Of a stretch of DNA of 64,000 bases, positions 39,426 through 50,000 are shown one piece after another (the stretch's first letter is position 1; each line of letters starts with the position of its first letter). Origin of the DNA: an uncultured Thermoleophilia bacterium (lineage in GTDB: Bacteria > Actinomycetota > Thermoleophilia > UBA2241); contig CAVPCT010000003.1 of assembly GCA_963702475.1 (NCBI GenBank), positions 32,001 to 96,000 on the forward strand, read 5' to 3'. The notes below the pieces were generated by a model, which saw only the letters and a list, made by a program, of their open reading frames with translations, was not told where the DNA came from and ran no database searches. Made by a program: the position numbers and the translations under genes.

Positions 39426-39923
39426 ATGATCAAGGCACTGAACGTCACCATCATCGTCCTGTGCGGCATCGTCGGGGCCTGGGTGGGCTACTGGATCGGG
39501 TACGCGGCGGGCTGGAGCGAGAACGCCGTATGGCCGTCGACGATCGGCGGAGGCACCGGCGCCATCATCACGTCGATCGTCGTGTCGGTGGCGTTCGTGG
39601 CCGCCTCCGCTCTCGCCATCGCCCTGGTCCCCCAGCGCGGCGTCCGCGACGTCCTGGAACACGGCGTGCCTGCGGAGGCCACCGTGCTGCGCGTGGCGGA
39701 GACCGGCGCCGTGAGGTGGGCGCGCGAGGGCAGCCGTCACCAGGTGGTGTGCGACCTTGAGGTGTGTCCGCGGGACCGCCCTGCGTACCGGGCGCGGACG
39801 ACCCAGTTCGTCGGCCCGGTCGTGGAAGGCGTCCTGCGCCCGGGCGCCACGATCGTGGTGACGTACGACCCGGACCATCCGTCGCACGTCGCCATAGATG
39901 AGCCATTCTCCCGCGCGGCGTGA
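39426..39923 (+). CDS. 2-TM membrane protein with DUF3592-like C-terminal domain
   Basis: Two TM helices, then GVPAEATVL...PGATIVVTYDPDHPSHVAI. Confidence 0.6.
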   Translation: MIKALNVTIIVLCGIVGAWVGYWIGYAAGWSENAVWPSTIGGGTGAIITSIVVSVAFVAASALAIALVPQRGVRDVLEHGVPAEATVLRVAETGAVRWAREGSRHQVVCDLEVCPRDRPAYRARTTQFVGPVVEGVLRPGATIVVTYDPDHPSHVAIDEPFSRAA

Positions 39924-39962
39924 GGCGGGCGGCGCACCTCACCTGGGCCGCTCGTCCGTGGT

Positions 39963-41979
39963 TCAATCGGCGCCTCCTCCACCTCCTCCGCCTCCACCTC
40001 CGCCGCCGCCGGAGAAGCCGCTTGAGGAGCCGGATGAGCCGCCGGACGAACCGCCGCCGGACGACGGCGGCGAGGCGGCGATCACGGCGGCGCTCAGACC
40101 CTGGGAGAACGAGGACACGGCGCCGACGGCGTCCCCGAAGGTGGCCGCGCCCGCCGGCGACGCGAACCAGAAGACGTCCTGGAGCCCTCCGTCCTCCAGG
40201 ACCTCCGGCACGCTCAGGCGCATCTGCGCCAGGACCTTGCGGGCGATGCCGAACACCACGGCGCACACGAGGTACTGCTCCCACAGGACGACGGACTCGG
40301 GTGGCTTCTCGTGCAGGCGGCCGAAGTCGCGCAGGTAGCGGCGGAGCGCCCGGAGCCGCGCGTACAGCTCGGCCGCGTCCCGCGAGCGGCGCCGCATCAC
40401 CCCCGAGAAGAAGGCGAGCACGACGAGGAGCGCCGCCGGCACGAGCAGCCAGGGGTCTGCCCAGGCCGCCATGGCGAACGTCACGGCCGCTGCCGCGAGG
40501 GCTGCGGCGGCGGCCTGCGCTACGTGCCTGCCGCCGCCTCTCTCGCAGGAACCCCAGCTTCTCGGCGCGTCTCTCCACGCCGCCGCGCCAGCGCTCCACG
40601 CCGGAGCGGAACTTCGCCGGGCGGCGCTTCGCCCAGGCCTGCAGCTCGGAGAGCGTGAGCGAGTCCTCCTCGGCGATGTCGCCGAACAGCAGGTCGATGA
40701 GCGGCGCCGTGAGCTCGTCCACGCGTGTCGACGTTGTCGACCTTGAGCGTCAGGCGCAGGTCCGGGCCGGCGCGCCCGGGACGCGGCGCGCGCGCGCCGC
40801 GTCCCGGGCGCGCGTCGCTCGGGGGCGATGCTCACCACCCGCCTGACGGCCAGGTCGAGCAGCGTCGCGGTCAGGTCGGCGTCGGTGACGCGGCGCCCCA
40901 TGCGCCAGAGCACGTCTGCGAGGGCCGGTGGCAGGTCAGCGGGTGGATTGCGGAGGTAGCGCTGCGGAAGCGCGGCCGGTACTCGCGGCCGTTGAGCACG
41001 AACACGACGAGCCACACGACCAGGGCGGCCACAGCTGCGGCGGCCGCGACCGGGCGGGCGATCCGCCTGTCGCGCTCCTGCTCGTGCGATCTGGGCACGG
41101 GCCGCGGCACGCTGCCCGTTCGCCTGCGCCGCGAGGACTCGCTCGGTCCTGAGGACGCTCTCCGTCACCTCGATGGGGATCTCCTCGGCTTCGGAGAGGC
41201 AGGTCCGCGGGGAAGAGCTCGCGGACTTCCACGAACGTCCGCTGGCGGCAGATCGTCGACCGCCAGCGCGACGGAGCCGTCCTGCCGAATCGTCAGCACC
41301 CCGTTCAGCGGGCCGTGGCCCCAGGCGCGTACGCCGGCGCGCGTCGCGCCGTCCGGCAGGGCGACGACGGCGCGCACCTCGCCGATAGGCACTTCCCAGC
41401 CGCGGCCGACGAGCTGCCACTCGAGCTCTCCGGCGTCCGCCCAGCGTTCGGCCGCCCGGCGGCATTCCAGCGAAAGGTGAAGTGGGCGGCCGTGTCGTCA
41501 AGGCCGGCGAACGCCTCGATACGCGTCGACCGGACCGATGAAGTCCGCGAACGCGTCGGTGACGCGGTAGTAGCCGGCCGGCCGCTCCTCCGGGGCGATG
41601 GAGGTCCACGGCGACGGGGTGGGGTCGGCGCCGGCCGGCGTCTCCCGCGGCGGTCCGGCCGCCGGCGTCCAGGCCGACGGCAGCCGCTTGAGCGGGCGGC
41701 CATCAGGCCCCGTCACGCCCAGGACCGAGATCTCGTGGCCGCTCCACGGGATGTCGCGGAACACGCGCGTGTAGTGGCCGTGGAAGGTGTAGCTGAAGCG
41801 CTCCTCGCTCGAGAGGGTCCCGTCACTGAGGACGGTGTCCCTGATACGCAGCGCATCGATGGAGTACGACTTGCGCTGCGACGGCACGATCCAGGCGAAC
41901 ACCGCGACGAGGACCGGGTGGCCACGAGGGCGACGACGACTGTCCACCCCACGCACCCGATCCTCGCCTTGCCGTCCAC
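39963..41979 (-). pseudogene. DUF2207 family membrane protein broken by many frameshifts
   Basis: Recognisable pieces spread across all three minus frames: KSYSID, ELEWQLVGRGWEVPI, AWGHGPLNG, FVEVRELFP, ATLLDLAVR, LWEQYLVCAVVFG, terminal SGGGGGGGGGGGGAD. Confidence 0.75.
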
Positions 41980-42060
41980 CGCGCCTCCGCTCCGACGAGC
42001 CCTGCCGCGGGCGGCGGGCCGGCCCGCCTGACTGCTCCGCTCCGGCGGGCAGGCAGTACT

Positions 42061-43308
42061 CTAGGCCGTCTGGCCCCCGGGCGGGAAGGCGAAGACAGCC
42101 TTGACCGCCCCGTTCCTGCCCTTCTGCTTGGCGGTGAGCAGAGCGTCACGGTAGTCGTCGAGGGCAAAACGGTGCGTGACCAGCTGTGGCAGCCGCAGGC
42201 GGCCACTCTCCAGCAGGCCGAAGAAGTGCTCGAAGGCGTGCGCTCTCCGCCCCTCGAACTCCTCGACGCCGAAGGCGTTGGACCCGACCAGCTCGATCTC
42301 CTTGAAGTACTGCGGCGTCCACTCGAACCTCTTCGGCTTGCTGACGCCGGTGATGACGATGCGCGCCCGTGGGCGCGCGACGCGCAGGCCGGCCTCGAGA
42401 GTCGCGGCGGAGCCGATGCTGTCGTAGACGACGTCGACGCCGCCGTGCAGCCACAGCGGCCCGAAACGCGGCTTGATGGGCCGCTCGCCGGTGATGCTCG
42501 CCACCTCACGCACGAGGTCCTCAGTGGTGCCCGAAGGTACCACCCAGCGCGCGCCCAGGGCGCGCGCCATCTCGCGCTGGTAGGGGTAGCGGGCCACGGC
42601 CACGATAGCGGTCCCGGGGTAGGCCGCGCGCAGGAAGCCGATGGCCAGCAGACCAAGGGCCCCGCAGCCGTACACCAGCGCGATGCCGCCGTCGGGCGGC
42701 GGGGCCTTGAGCACGGCGTGCATGCTCACCGAGAAGGGGTCGGCCACGACGGCCGTCTCGAAGTCCACGCCGTCGGGGATGCGGAACAGCTGCGACTCGT
42801 GTGCGGGGAGCAACGGGGCGAAGCCGCCGCCGGCGTCGCGGCAGTTGCCGGTGTGCATGGCCGGCGAGAGGCGGCCGTCGGCGAAGTGCTCGCAGAGGAA
42901 GTAGTGCCCGTCACGGCAGGCCGGGCACGGCTGGTCGATGCCTCGCGGCGCGCACGACAGCCACGGGTTGAGCGCCACCCTGTCGCCGGGCCGCACGCGC
43001 GTCACGGCCGGCCCCACCTTCTCCACCATCCCCACAGCCTCGTGGCCGGGGATGAACGGGAAGGAGATATAGCCGCTGAGGGGGTTGTCCATCTCCGCGT
43101 CGATGAAGATGAGCTTGGTGTCGCTGCCGCAGATGCCGCACAGCGCCGTGCGCACCACCGTCCAGTCGTCGAAGCAGACGACGGGCTCGGGGACCTCTTT
43201 GAGCTGGGTCGGTGCCGTCGGGCCGAGAAACGCTTTGGTGCTGACCCTGCCGGCGGCCATGGCCGACACGATGCGCGGCAGGTCGTAGTCGAAGACGACT
43301 GCCTTCAT
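42061..43308 (-). CDS. Zinc-dependent (MDR) alcohol/polyol dehydrogenase; in frame with the upstream SDR
   Basis: CGICGSD, PGHEAVG, structural-Zn C..CPAC..C, GCGALG Rossmann motif. Confidence 0.88.
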   Translation of the reverse strand: MKAVVFDYDLPRIVSAMAAGRVSTKAFLGPTAPTQLKEVPEPVVCFDDWTVVRTALCGICGSDTKLIFIDAEMDNPLSGYISFPFIPGHEAVGMVEKVGPAVTRVRPGDRVALNPWLSCAPRGIDQPCPACRDGHYFLCEHFADGRLSPAMHTGNCRDAGGGFAPLLPAHESQLFRIPDGVDFETAVVADPFSVSMHAVLKAPPPDGGIALVYGCGALGLLAIGFLRAAYPGTAIVAVARYPYQREMARALGARWVVPSGTTEDLVREVASITGERPIKPRFGPLWLHGGVDVVYDSIGSAATLEAGLRVARPRARIVITGVSKPKRFEWTPQYFKEIELVGSNAFGVEEFEGRRAHAFEHFFGLLESGRLRLPQLVTHRFALDDYRDALLTAKQKGRNGAVKAVFAFPPGGQTA

Positions 43309-44378
43309 GGTGCGGCCTGGCTCCGCGGCCGCCGGCGACGGGGCCGCCGCCGCTCCCGCGCTCCTCTTTGCCCGTCGCCCCTCCGGGCGCAGCGGGACGT
43401 ACCCGTGGGACTCGTACCACGCGATCGCCTTGGCCAGCGCCTCGCGCGCCGGCGCCGGCGCGTACCCGAGCTGGCGCATCGCCTTCGCCGAAGAGAAGGT
43501 CTCGCGGTGTGTGGAGAGACGGGCGCTGGTCGGCGTGGCGACCGGCGTATGGGAGCGGTCGAGCCGCGCCCAGGCGACGTCGGCGTACCCCCAGCCGACG
43601 GCGACGGCGTGTGGGATGCGCCGCGTGGGCGCCGGCACGCCGGAGAGCTCGGCAAGCAGCTCGAGCAGCTGCCGCAAGGTCATGCTGTCGCCGCCCAGGA
43701 TGTACCGCTCGCCGACGATGCCCTTGCGTGCGGCGAGCAGGTGGCCGGCGGCCACGTCGTCTACGTCGACGACCGTCAGCGTCGTGTCGACGTAGGCCGG
43801 CATGCGCCCGTTCAGGAAGTCGACGATCATGCGGCCGGTCGGCGTCGGCTTGTAGTCGCCGACGCCGACCGGCGCCGCCGGGTTCACGATGACGATCGGC
43901 GCGCCCTCCCCGGCGAGGCGGCGCGCCTCTTCCTCGGCGAGGTACTTGGAGCGCTTGTAGTCGCCGAGCATGTCGGCGAACGACACCGGCGTCTCCTCGT
44001 CGCCGGCCGATCCGTCCGCGGGCTGTCCCAGGGTCGCGATGGAGCTGGTGTGGACGATGCGCGCGGCTCCGGCCCTCCAGGCCGCGCGCAGCGCGTTGCG
44101 CGTGCCGTCCACATTGGTCGCGACGAACTCCTCCCAGTCGTGTCCCCAGAACGTGTACAGCGCGGCCACGTGGTAGACCTCGTCGCAGCCGTGGCAGCCG
44201 CGCTCGAGGGCCTCCGCGTCGCCAAGATCCCCGGTGACGATCTCCACGGGCAGGCCGTCGAGCAGGCGGGTGTCGCCGCCGCGCCGTACGAGGACCCGCA
44301 CCTCCGCCCCTCGGCGAGCAGGCGCCGGACCACGGCGCTGCCGACGAAGCCGTTGCCGCCTGTCACGAACGCACGCAT
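43309..44378 (-). CDS. HpnA-like NAD-dependent epimerase/reductase (extended SDR), one G missing near 44308
   Basis: MRAFVTGGNGFVG in one frame, then HVAALY, HTSS, YKRSK catalytic motif and VNPAAPVGVGDYKPTPTGRMI in the next; break in a G run (gagggg cgg). Confidence 0.8.
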
Positions 44379-45625
44379 GGGTCCTCCTCGCCGTCGATCT
44401 CCTCGAGCACGGCGGCCACGAAGTCGGCCGCGCGGGCCATGAACGCACCGCTCACGGTGTCCGGCGTGTCGTCGGGGCGGTGCCAGTGTGGCAGCGACCC
44501 TTCCCGCGGGTCATATCCGGCCAGGCACAGAGCCCGGTAGCCGAGCCGTCGCAGCCCGGTCACCTCGTCCTCCAGCGGCAGCTCGGCCGGCTCCGTGGCG
44601 AGCCCGGGGCGCCGGGCGGCGGCGCGCACGACCGTCGCGAGCAGCGCGGGTTCGGGGCGCACGTGGTCGCAGAGCCCCTCGCGTGTGAGGTAGGTGAGGC
44701 GGCCGCTGCCGAGGCCCTCGAGGCCGATGAAGTCGGCCGCACGCATGGCGGCCGGCTCCTGCGCCAGCAGGGCGACGAGGCCGGCATGGTCGGTCTCCTC
44801 GGCGCCGGTGAACGCCAGGACGACCTCGGTCCGCTCCAGCGGGCGCGCCGCCAGGCGGCGCGCGACCTCGAGCGCGACGGCGACGCTCGCGGCGTTGTCG
44901 TGAGCGCCGGGCGAGTAGGGCGCGCGCCAGTCCCGCAGGAGGGTGATGAGCATCCCTACGGCGTACGCCGCGGGCACGAGCGAGGTGTACCACAGCACGC
45001 CCGGGCGGCTCTTGCGCGTCGTTCGGGACGCGAGCCCTGTGGCGGCGCCGGCCGCGTACAGCGCGCCCGGCGCCGCCAGCATGGCCACTGTGAGCCAGGT
45101 GAGCCGTTCGAGCTGCCGGACTGCGCCCGCGCGCCACGCGAGGCGTGAGCGGTTGGTGTCGAGGTGGGCGAGCAGCACGACCCGGCCGACCGGGACGCCC
45201 GACGGCGCGAGCGTTGCGACCACGTTGCCGCTGCTCACCTTCGGCAGCAGCGGCCCCAGCGGGCTGCGCGACAGGCGGATCGCCCGCCACAGGAGCGGTG
45301 CGGACGGCAGGGCGAGGCCGGCGGCCGCCAGGCGACCTGCCCGGCCGAACGGGTACGCGGCGACGGCCAGGAGCGACAGCGCCACGCTGGCCAGCGGGAA
45401 CACGTTCTGGTCGCGGACGGCGCGGAAGGTCGTACGGGCGGCGGGCAGGCCGAGCGCGGCCAGGCGGGCGGCCACGTAGTCGCCGGCCGCCCGCTCCGCG
45501 CTGGTCCCCGTGCCCCGCGGCCCGATGCGCCCGGCGAGCTCCTCCACGTCGGCGAGCATCGACGCGGCGGGTGCGAGCTCCGCCTTGCCCGCCGTGCGTC
45601 GTACTGCGACGGCGGCAGCTCTCAC
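44363..45625 (-). CDS. Membrane-embedded M28 family metallo-amidohydrolase/peptidase
   Basis: LAHLDT, GAHDNAASVA, TGAEE, HWHRPDDT Zn-site motifs with TM insertions; GTGA overlap with the aminotransferase stop. Confidence 0.82.
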   Translation of the reverse strand: MRAAAVAVRRTAGKAELAPAASMLADVEELAGRIGPRGTGTSAERAAGDYVAARLAALGLPAARTTFRAVRDQNVFPLASVALSLLAVAAYPFGRAGRLAAAGLALPSAPLLWRAIRLSRSPLGPLLPKVSSGNVVATLAPSGVPVGRVVLLAHLDTNRSRLAWRAGAVRQLERLTWLTVAMLAAPGALYAAGAATGLASRTTRKSRPGVLWYTSLVPAAYAVGMLITLLRDWRAPYSPGAHDNAASVAVALEVARRLAARPLERTEVVLAFTGAEETDHAGLVALLAQEPAAMRAADFIGLEGLGSGRLTYLTREGLCDHVRPEPALLATVVRAAARRPGLATEPAELPLEDEVTGLRRLGYRALCLAGYDPREGSLPHWHRPDDTPDTVSGAFMARAADFVAAVLEEIDGEEDPCVRS

Positions 45626-47046
45626 TGCGACAAAGCCTGTCTGATGAGGTGCCCGCTCTGCCGCCACACCCTGCCGCGCACGCTCTCGGCCTCGGTCATC
45701 ACGGCGTCGAAGGCGGCGGCGACGGCCGTCACCTCCTCGTCGCCGATGACCAGCGGCGGCAGCAGCTTGATGATGTTCACGTCGGGGCCGCCGACCTGGG
45801 TGAGGATGTGGTGGTCACGCATCAGCGACATCACCACGAGCTGCGCGAACAGCCCCTTCTGAGCCGCCTCCGCCGCCGTCCAGGCGGCCTTGAGCGTCAG
45901 CGCCCTGGGAGGCCGGAACTCGACGCCGATCATCAGGCCCCTGCCGCGCACGTCGGCGATCATCTCGTGGCGGTCCTTGAGACGGGCGAGCTCCGCGAGC
46001 AGGCGCTCGCCCGTCTCCGCCGCCCGTTCCACCAGCCGCTCCCGGTCCAGCACGGCCAGGCTGGCCAGCCCGGCCGCCATGGCCAGCTCGTTCTCCCCGA
46101 AGGTGGTCGTGTGCACCTGGCAGCGGTCGAGCCGTCCGTACACCTTGTCGTACAGGCTCCGGCGCATCAGCAGTGCGCCGACCGGTATGAACCCCCCGCC
46201 CAGCGACTTGGCGAGCGTCACCATGTCGGGTTCCAGCCCCCAGTGCTCCAGTGAGAGAAAGCGCCCGGTGCGGCCCATGCCGGCCTGGACCTCGTCGCAG
46301 ACGAACACCGTCCCCGCCTCGCGGCAGAGGCGCTGGGCCTCCGGCAGGTAGCCGTCCGGCGGCACGTACACGCCCTTGCCCTGGATGGGTTCGACCACCA
46401 GCGCAGCCACGTCGCCCTTGCGCAGTTCCCACTCCAGAACGTCGGTGTCTCCCATCGGCACGCAGTCGAAGCCGGGCATGAGCGGTCCGAAGCCCTTGCG
46501 GAACTGCTCGCCGCCGTTGCACGACAGGGTGCCGAGCATCACTCCGTGAAACGCGTGCTGCAGGTACAGCACACGCGGTCGCCCGGTCGCCCCGCGCGCG
46601 AACTTGAGCGCCGTGTCCACCACGTCCGAGCCGTCGTTGCCGAAGAAGGCGATGTCGAGGCCGGTCGGCATCTTCGCCGCAAGTTCCTCAGCCAGCAGCC
46701 CGGCCAGAAGCGGGCAGTCCATCTCGACCATGTTGGGACGCTGCAGGGAGAGCGCCTCCTCGAGGGCAGCACGGACCACGGGGTGGTCCCGCCCGAGGTT
46801 GTACACGCTGTACCCGGCGATGAGGTCCAGGTACCGGTCGCCCGCTCGGTCCCAGAGATAGGCGCCTTCGCCGCGGACCCAGACCCTGTCGAAGCCGATG
46901 ATGGGCAGGACGCGCGCCAGAAGGGGGTTCACGTGGCGCGCGTACAGGTCGTACTGGTCGGCCTGGCGTCGTGCGATGGTGTCGGCCAGGGAGAACGTGA
47001 CGCCTCGTTCGCCCATGGGGATGCCCACGGTCCGCTCGCTATCCAT
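45622..47046 (-). CDS. Class III PLP aminotransferase, HpnO-like
   Basis: GGGAGGG RBS; ARHVNP...GFDRVWVRGEG, FHG, EPIQGKG, DEVQAGMGRTG, AKSLGGG, GLFAQLVVMSLMRDHHILTQV. Confidence 0.88.
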   Translation of the reverse strand: MDSERTVGIPMGERGVTFSLADTIARRQADQYDLYARHVNPLLARVLPIIGFDRVWVRGEGAYLWDRAGDRYLDLIAGYSVYNLGRDHPVVRAALEEALSLQRPNMVEMDCPLLAGLLAEELAAKMPTGLDIAFFGNDGSDVVDTALKFARGATGRPRVLYLQHAFHGVMLGTLSCNGGEQFRKGFGPLMPGFDCVPMGDTDVLEWELRKGDVAALVVEPIQGKGVYVPPDGYLPEAQRLCREAGTVFVCDEVQAGMGRTGRFLSLEHWGLEPDMVTLAKSLGGGFIPVGALLMRRSLYDKVYGRLDRCQVHTTTFGENELAMAAGLASLAVLDRERLVERAAETGERLLAELARLKDRHEMIADVRGRGLMIGVEFRPPRALTLKAAWTAAEAAQKGLFAQLVVMSLMRDHHILTQVGGPDVNIIKLLPPLVIGDEEVTAVAAAFDAVMTEAESVRGRVWRQSGHLIRQALSQ

Positions 47047-47084
47047 CGACCCTCCCTGCCGCATCGCCGCGCCGGTGGTCCGGC

Positions 47085-50000
47085 CTACGCCATCATGCGC
47101 CCTATCTCGCGCAGCGTCTCGAGCATGTCGGCGGGCAGCGCGGGCGCCTCTCTGCCGGCCACGTGACAGCTCCAGATGAGGTGCGACACGCGCTCGATGA
47201 CCTCGGCGGCGTTGGCCGCCTGCCGCAGGCTCGTGGCGGCCACCACCAGGCCGTGGTTCTGCAGCAGGACGGCGCTGCCGTCTCCCAGGGCGTCGCGGGC
47301 CGCCAGGGCGAGCGCCTCGCTGCCGGGCATGATGAACGGCACCCGCGGGATGTCGCCGAAGAAGGCCGCCTCGGTGGTCACCGGAGCGAACGGGATCCCG
47401 GCCATGCCGAGGATCGTCGCGTAGGCGGCGTGGGCATGCACGACGGCCTCGATCTCGGGGCGCGCCTGGTAGATCACGCAGTGCAGCAGCCGTTCGCTGG
47501 ACGGGGCCGGCGCCTCGGGGTCGGCGGCGTTGCCGTCGAGGTCCACGCGGACCATCATATCCGGCGTCAGCCGTCCTTTGAAGAGCTGGCTCGGCGTGAT
47601 CCAGAGTCTCGGCTGTGCCCGGGATACGGGCGCTCACGTTGCCGCCGGTCGCGGTCAGGAGTTCGGCGGCGAAGAGCTCCTCGGCGGTGCGCGTTACCTC
47701 CTCGCATACTGCCGCGGAGACCGCGTCGAGGCCAGGCTTCGCGCGCGCGGCGCCGGTGACGGCGACCCCGGCGAAGGCGTCGGCCGGCGCGGCCGGCACG
47801 GGCGTGGAGAGGTCGGCGCCCGTCGCCGGATCGGCGCCGCGCGCGGTGCCTGCGGCGAAGTCGATGCCGCCGACCTCCCGCCGTGCGGCGCCGTACAGCC
47901 GCACGAAGTCCTTCTGCACGCGCTGCATGCCCATGGCGGCGCGCACGTCGCCGCTGAACGACAGACGCCCCGTCATGGCCGCCTTGTTGCCGTTGAGGCG
48001 GCCGTCCAGGATGGCGTCGAGCACCTCGCCCCTGGCCTTCAGCCGGACCTTCGCCGGCTCCGGCGGCGGGCCCATGCCGGAGACGACCCGGCCGTCCCCG
48101 AAGCCGATGTGGAAGTGCAGGTCGAAGTCGCTGACCGTGTACTGCGAGACGACCGACTTTTTCGCGGCGAAGGCGAGGAGCGCCTCGTCGGTCGCGGCCC
48201 GCGTGACGAACAGGCTCAGGACGCGCTCCATCTGGGCGGCCGCGCCGGCGGCCGGCGCCGCCGTCGCGGCGAAGTCGGCCGGCCGCACGGCTGCGGCCGC
48301 GACGGGCGCTCGCACCGCCTCTCCGGACCGTCCGCAGCTTGGCTCTTCAGCCGGCCGCGCCCGCCCGAGGTCCGTCACGTCCGGGGCGGCGCCGGCCACG
48401 AGGGCCGCCACGGTGGCCGCGTCGGGCGCCTGACGCGGCACGTCCCAGGAGAACCCGGAGAGCGTCTCCGGGTTCAGAACGTTCAGGGGAGCCCGGCCGG
48501 CGGCCATGCGGCGCAGATCTGCCGCGACCGTGCGCCCCTGGTGGCCGCCGACCTCCACCGTGTTGCCGCCGACGTGGGGCGTGGCGATGACGTTCGAAAA
48601 GGCCAGGAGCGGATCGTCGGCGGCCGGCGGCTCCACCGGGAACACGTCGAACGCGGCCCCACCCAGCCGTCCTTCGCGGAGCGCCGTCAGCACTGCCGTC
48701 TGATCCACCAGACCGGCCCGGGCCGTGTTCACGAGCAGCGCGCCGGTCTTCATGAACGCGAGCCGGGACGTGTCCATCAGCCCGCGCGTGTCGTCGGTGA
48801 GCGGCGCGTGCAGGCTCACGATGTCGGCCGCTGCCAGCAGCTCGTCCAGAGGAGCCGGAGCCGCGTCAGCGAGCCTGATCTGTGCCTCGTCAACGAACGG
48901 GTCGTGGACGAGCACGCGAGCGCCGAAGGGCGCGAGGCGCCGCGCCACGGCGCGGCCCACGGCGCCGAAGCCCACGAGCCCGACCGTCCGCTCCCACAAC
49001 TCGTGTCCCAGCAGTGCCTCGTGGGCCTGCCCCATGCGGCCCATGTCGCCGGCCTCGCCGCCGGGCGTGCGCAGGAACGCATCCGCGGCCACGAGGCGGC
49101 GCGAGAGCGCCAGCATGAAGGCGACGGTGAGGTCGGCGACGGCCTCGGCGTTGCGTCCGGGCGCGTACAGGACTGGGATGCCCAGCGCCGTGCAGGCCGC
49201 CAGATCCACGTTGACGGCCCGGCCGCGGCACGACGCGACCACACGCAGGCCCGGCAAGCGGACCAGGGCCTCCGCGTCGGCGATATCCACCTCGGTGATG
49301 AAGACGTCCACGCCCTCGAGGGCCTCGACGAGGTCGTCGCCCGTGAGCAGGCGGAGCTGCTCGCGGTAGCCGGCGTGAGTGACCTCGCCGAGGGCGCGCA
49401 GCTCTGCCAGGGCGATGTCGTCGAGGTCGGCGGTGGCGAGGATGCGCAGTGACCGGCGCCTCGGCGCGACGAGCGGCCGGGCGGCGGCGTCCGCTCCGGC
49501 CGCCGCCGCGCTCTCCGGCGGCGCGACACTCGGCTCAGCTTCGCCGGCCGCCTCGGCCCTCTCCATCAGGTCGCGCAGGGCGATGCCGGCGGCCGCGCGC
49601 GTCGCCGGGACGCTGGCCCCCTGCAGACGCAGCCACTCCTCGTACAGCTCGCCGTACTTCCGCGATGACGCGGCGTCCGGAGACAGCCGCTCGGTCCTCG
49701 CCATGCGCTCCGCGCCGGCGGCCGTGCCGGCGAACACGCCGGCGCCGACGCCGGCGCAGACGGCGGCCCCCAGGGCGCTCGCCTCCGCAACCAGGGACAC
49801 GTCCACGGGCGCTCCCAGCACGTCGCAGACGATCCGGCTCCACAGGCGGGAGCGGGACATGCCTCCGGTGAGGGTGACCGGCTCGCAGGCGGCCGGAGCC
49901 GGCGCGGCGCCGGGGACGGCGAGCAGTCTCTCCGCGTTCGCGCGCACCGCGAACGCCATCCCTTCGAGCACGGCGCGGGCGAGGTCCGCGCGGCCTGCCG

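Noticed and set aside
39963-40080. Low-complexity CCT/CCG repeat
   Set aside because: Encodes the normal Gly/Ser-rich C-terminus of DUF2207 proteins.
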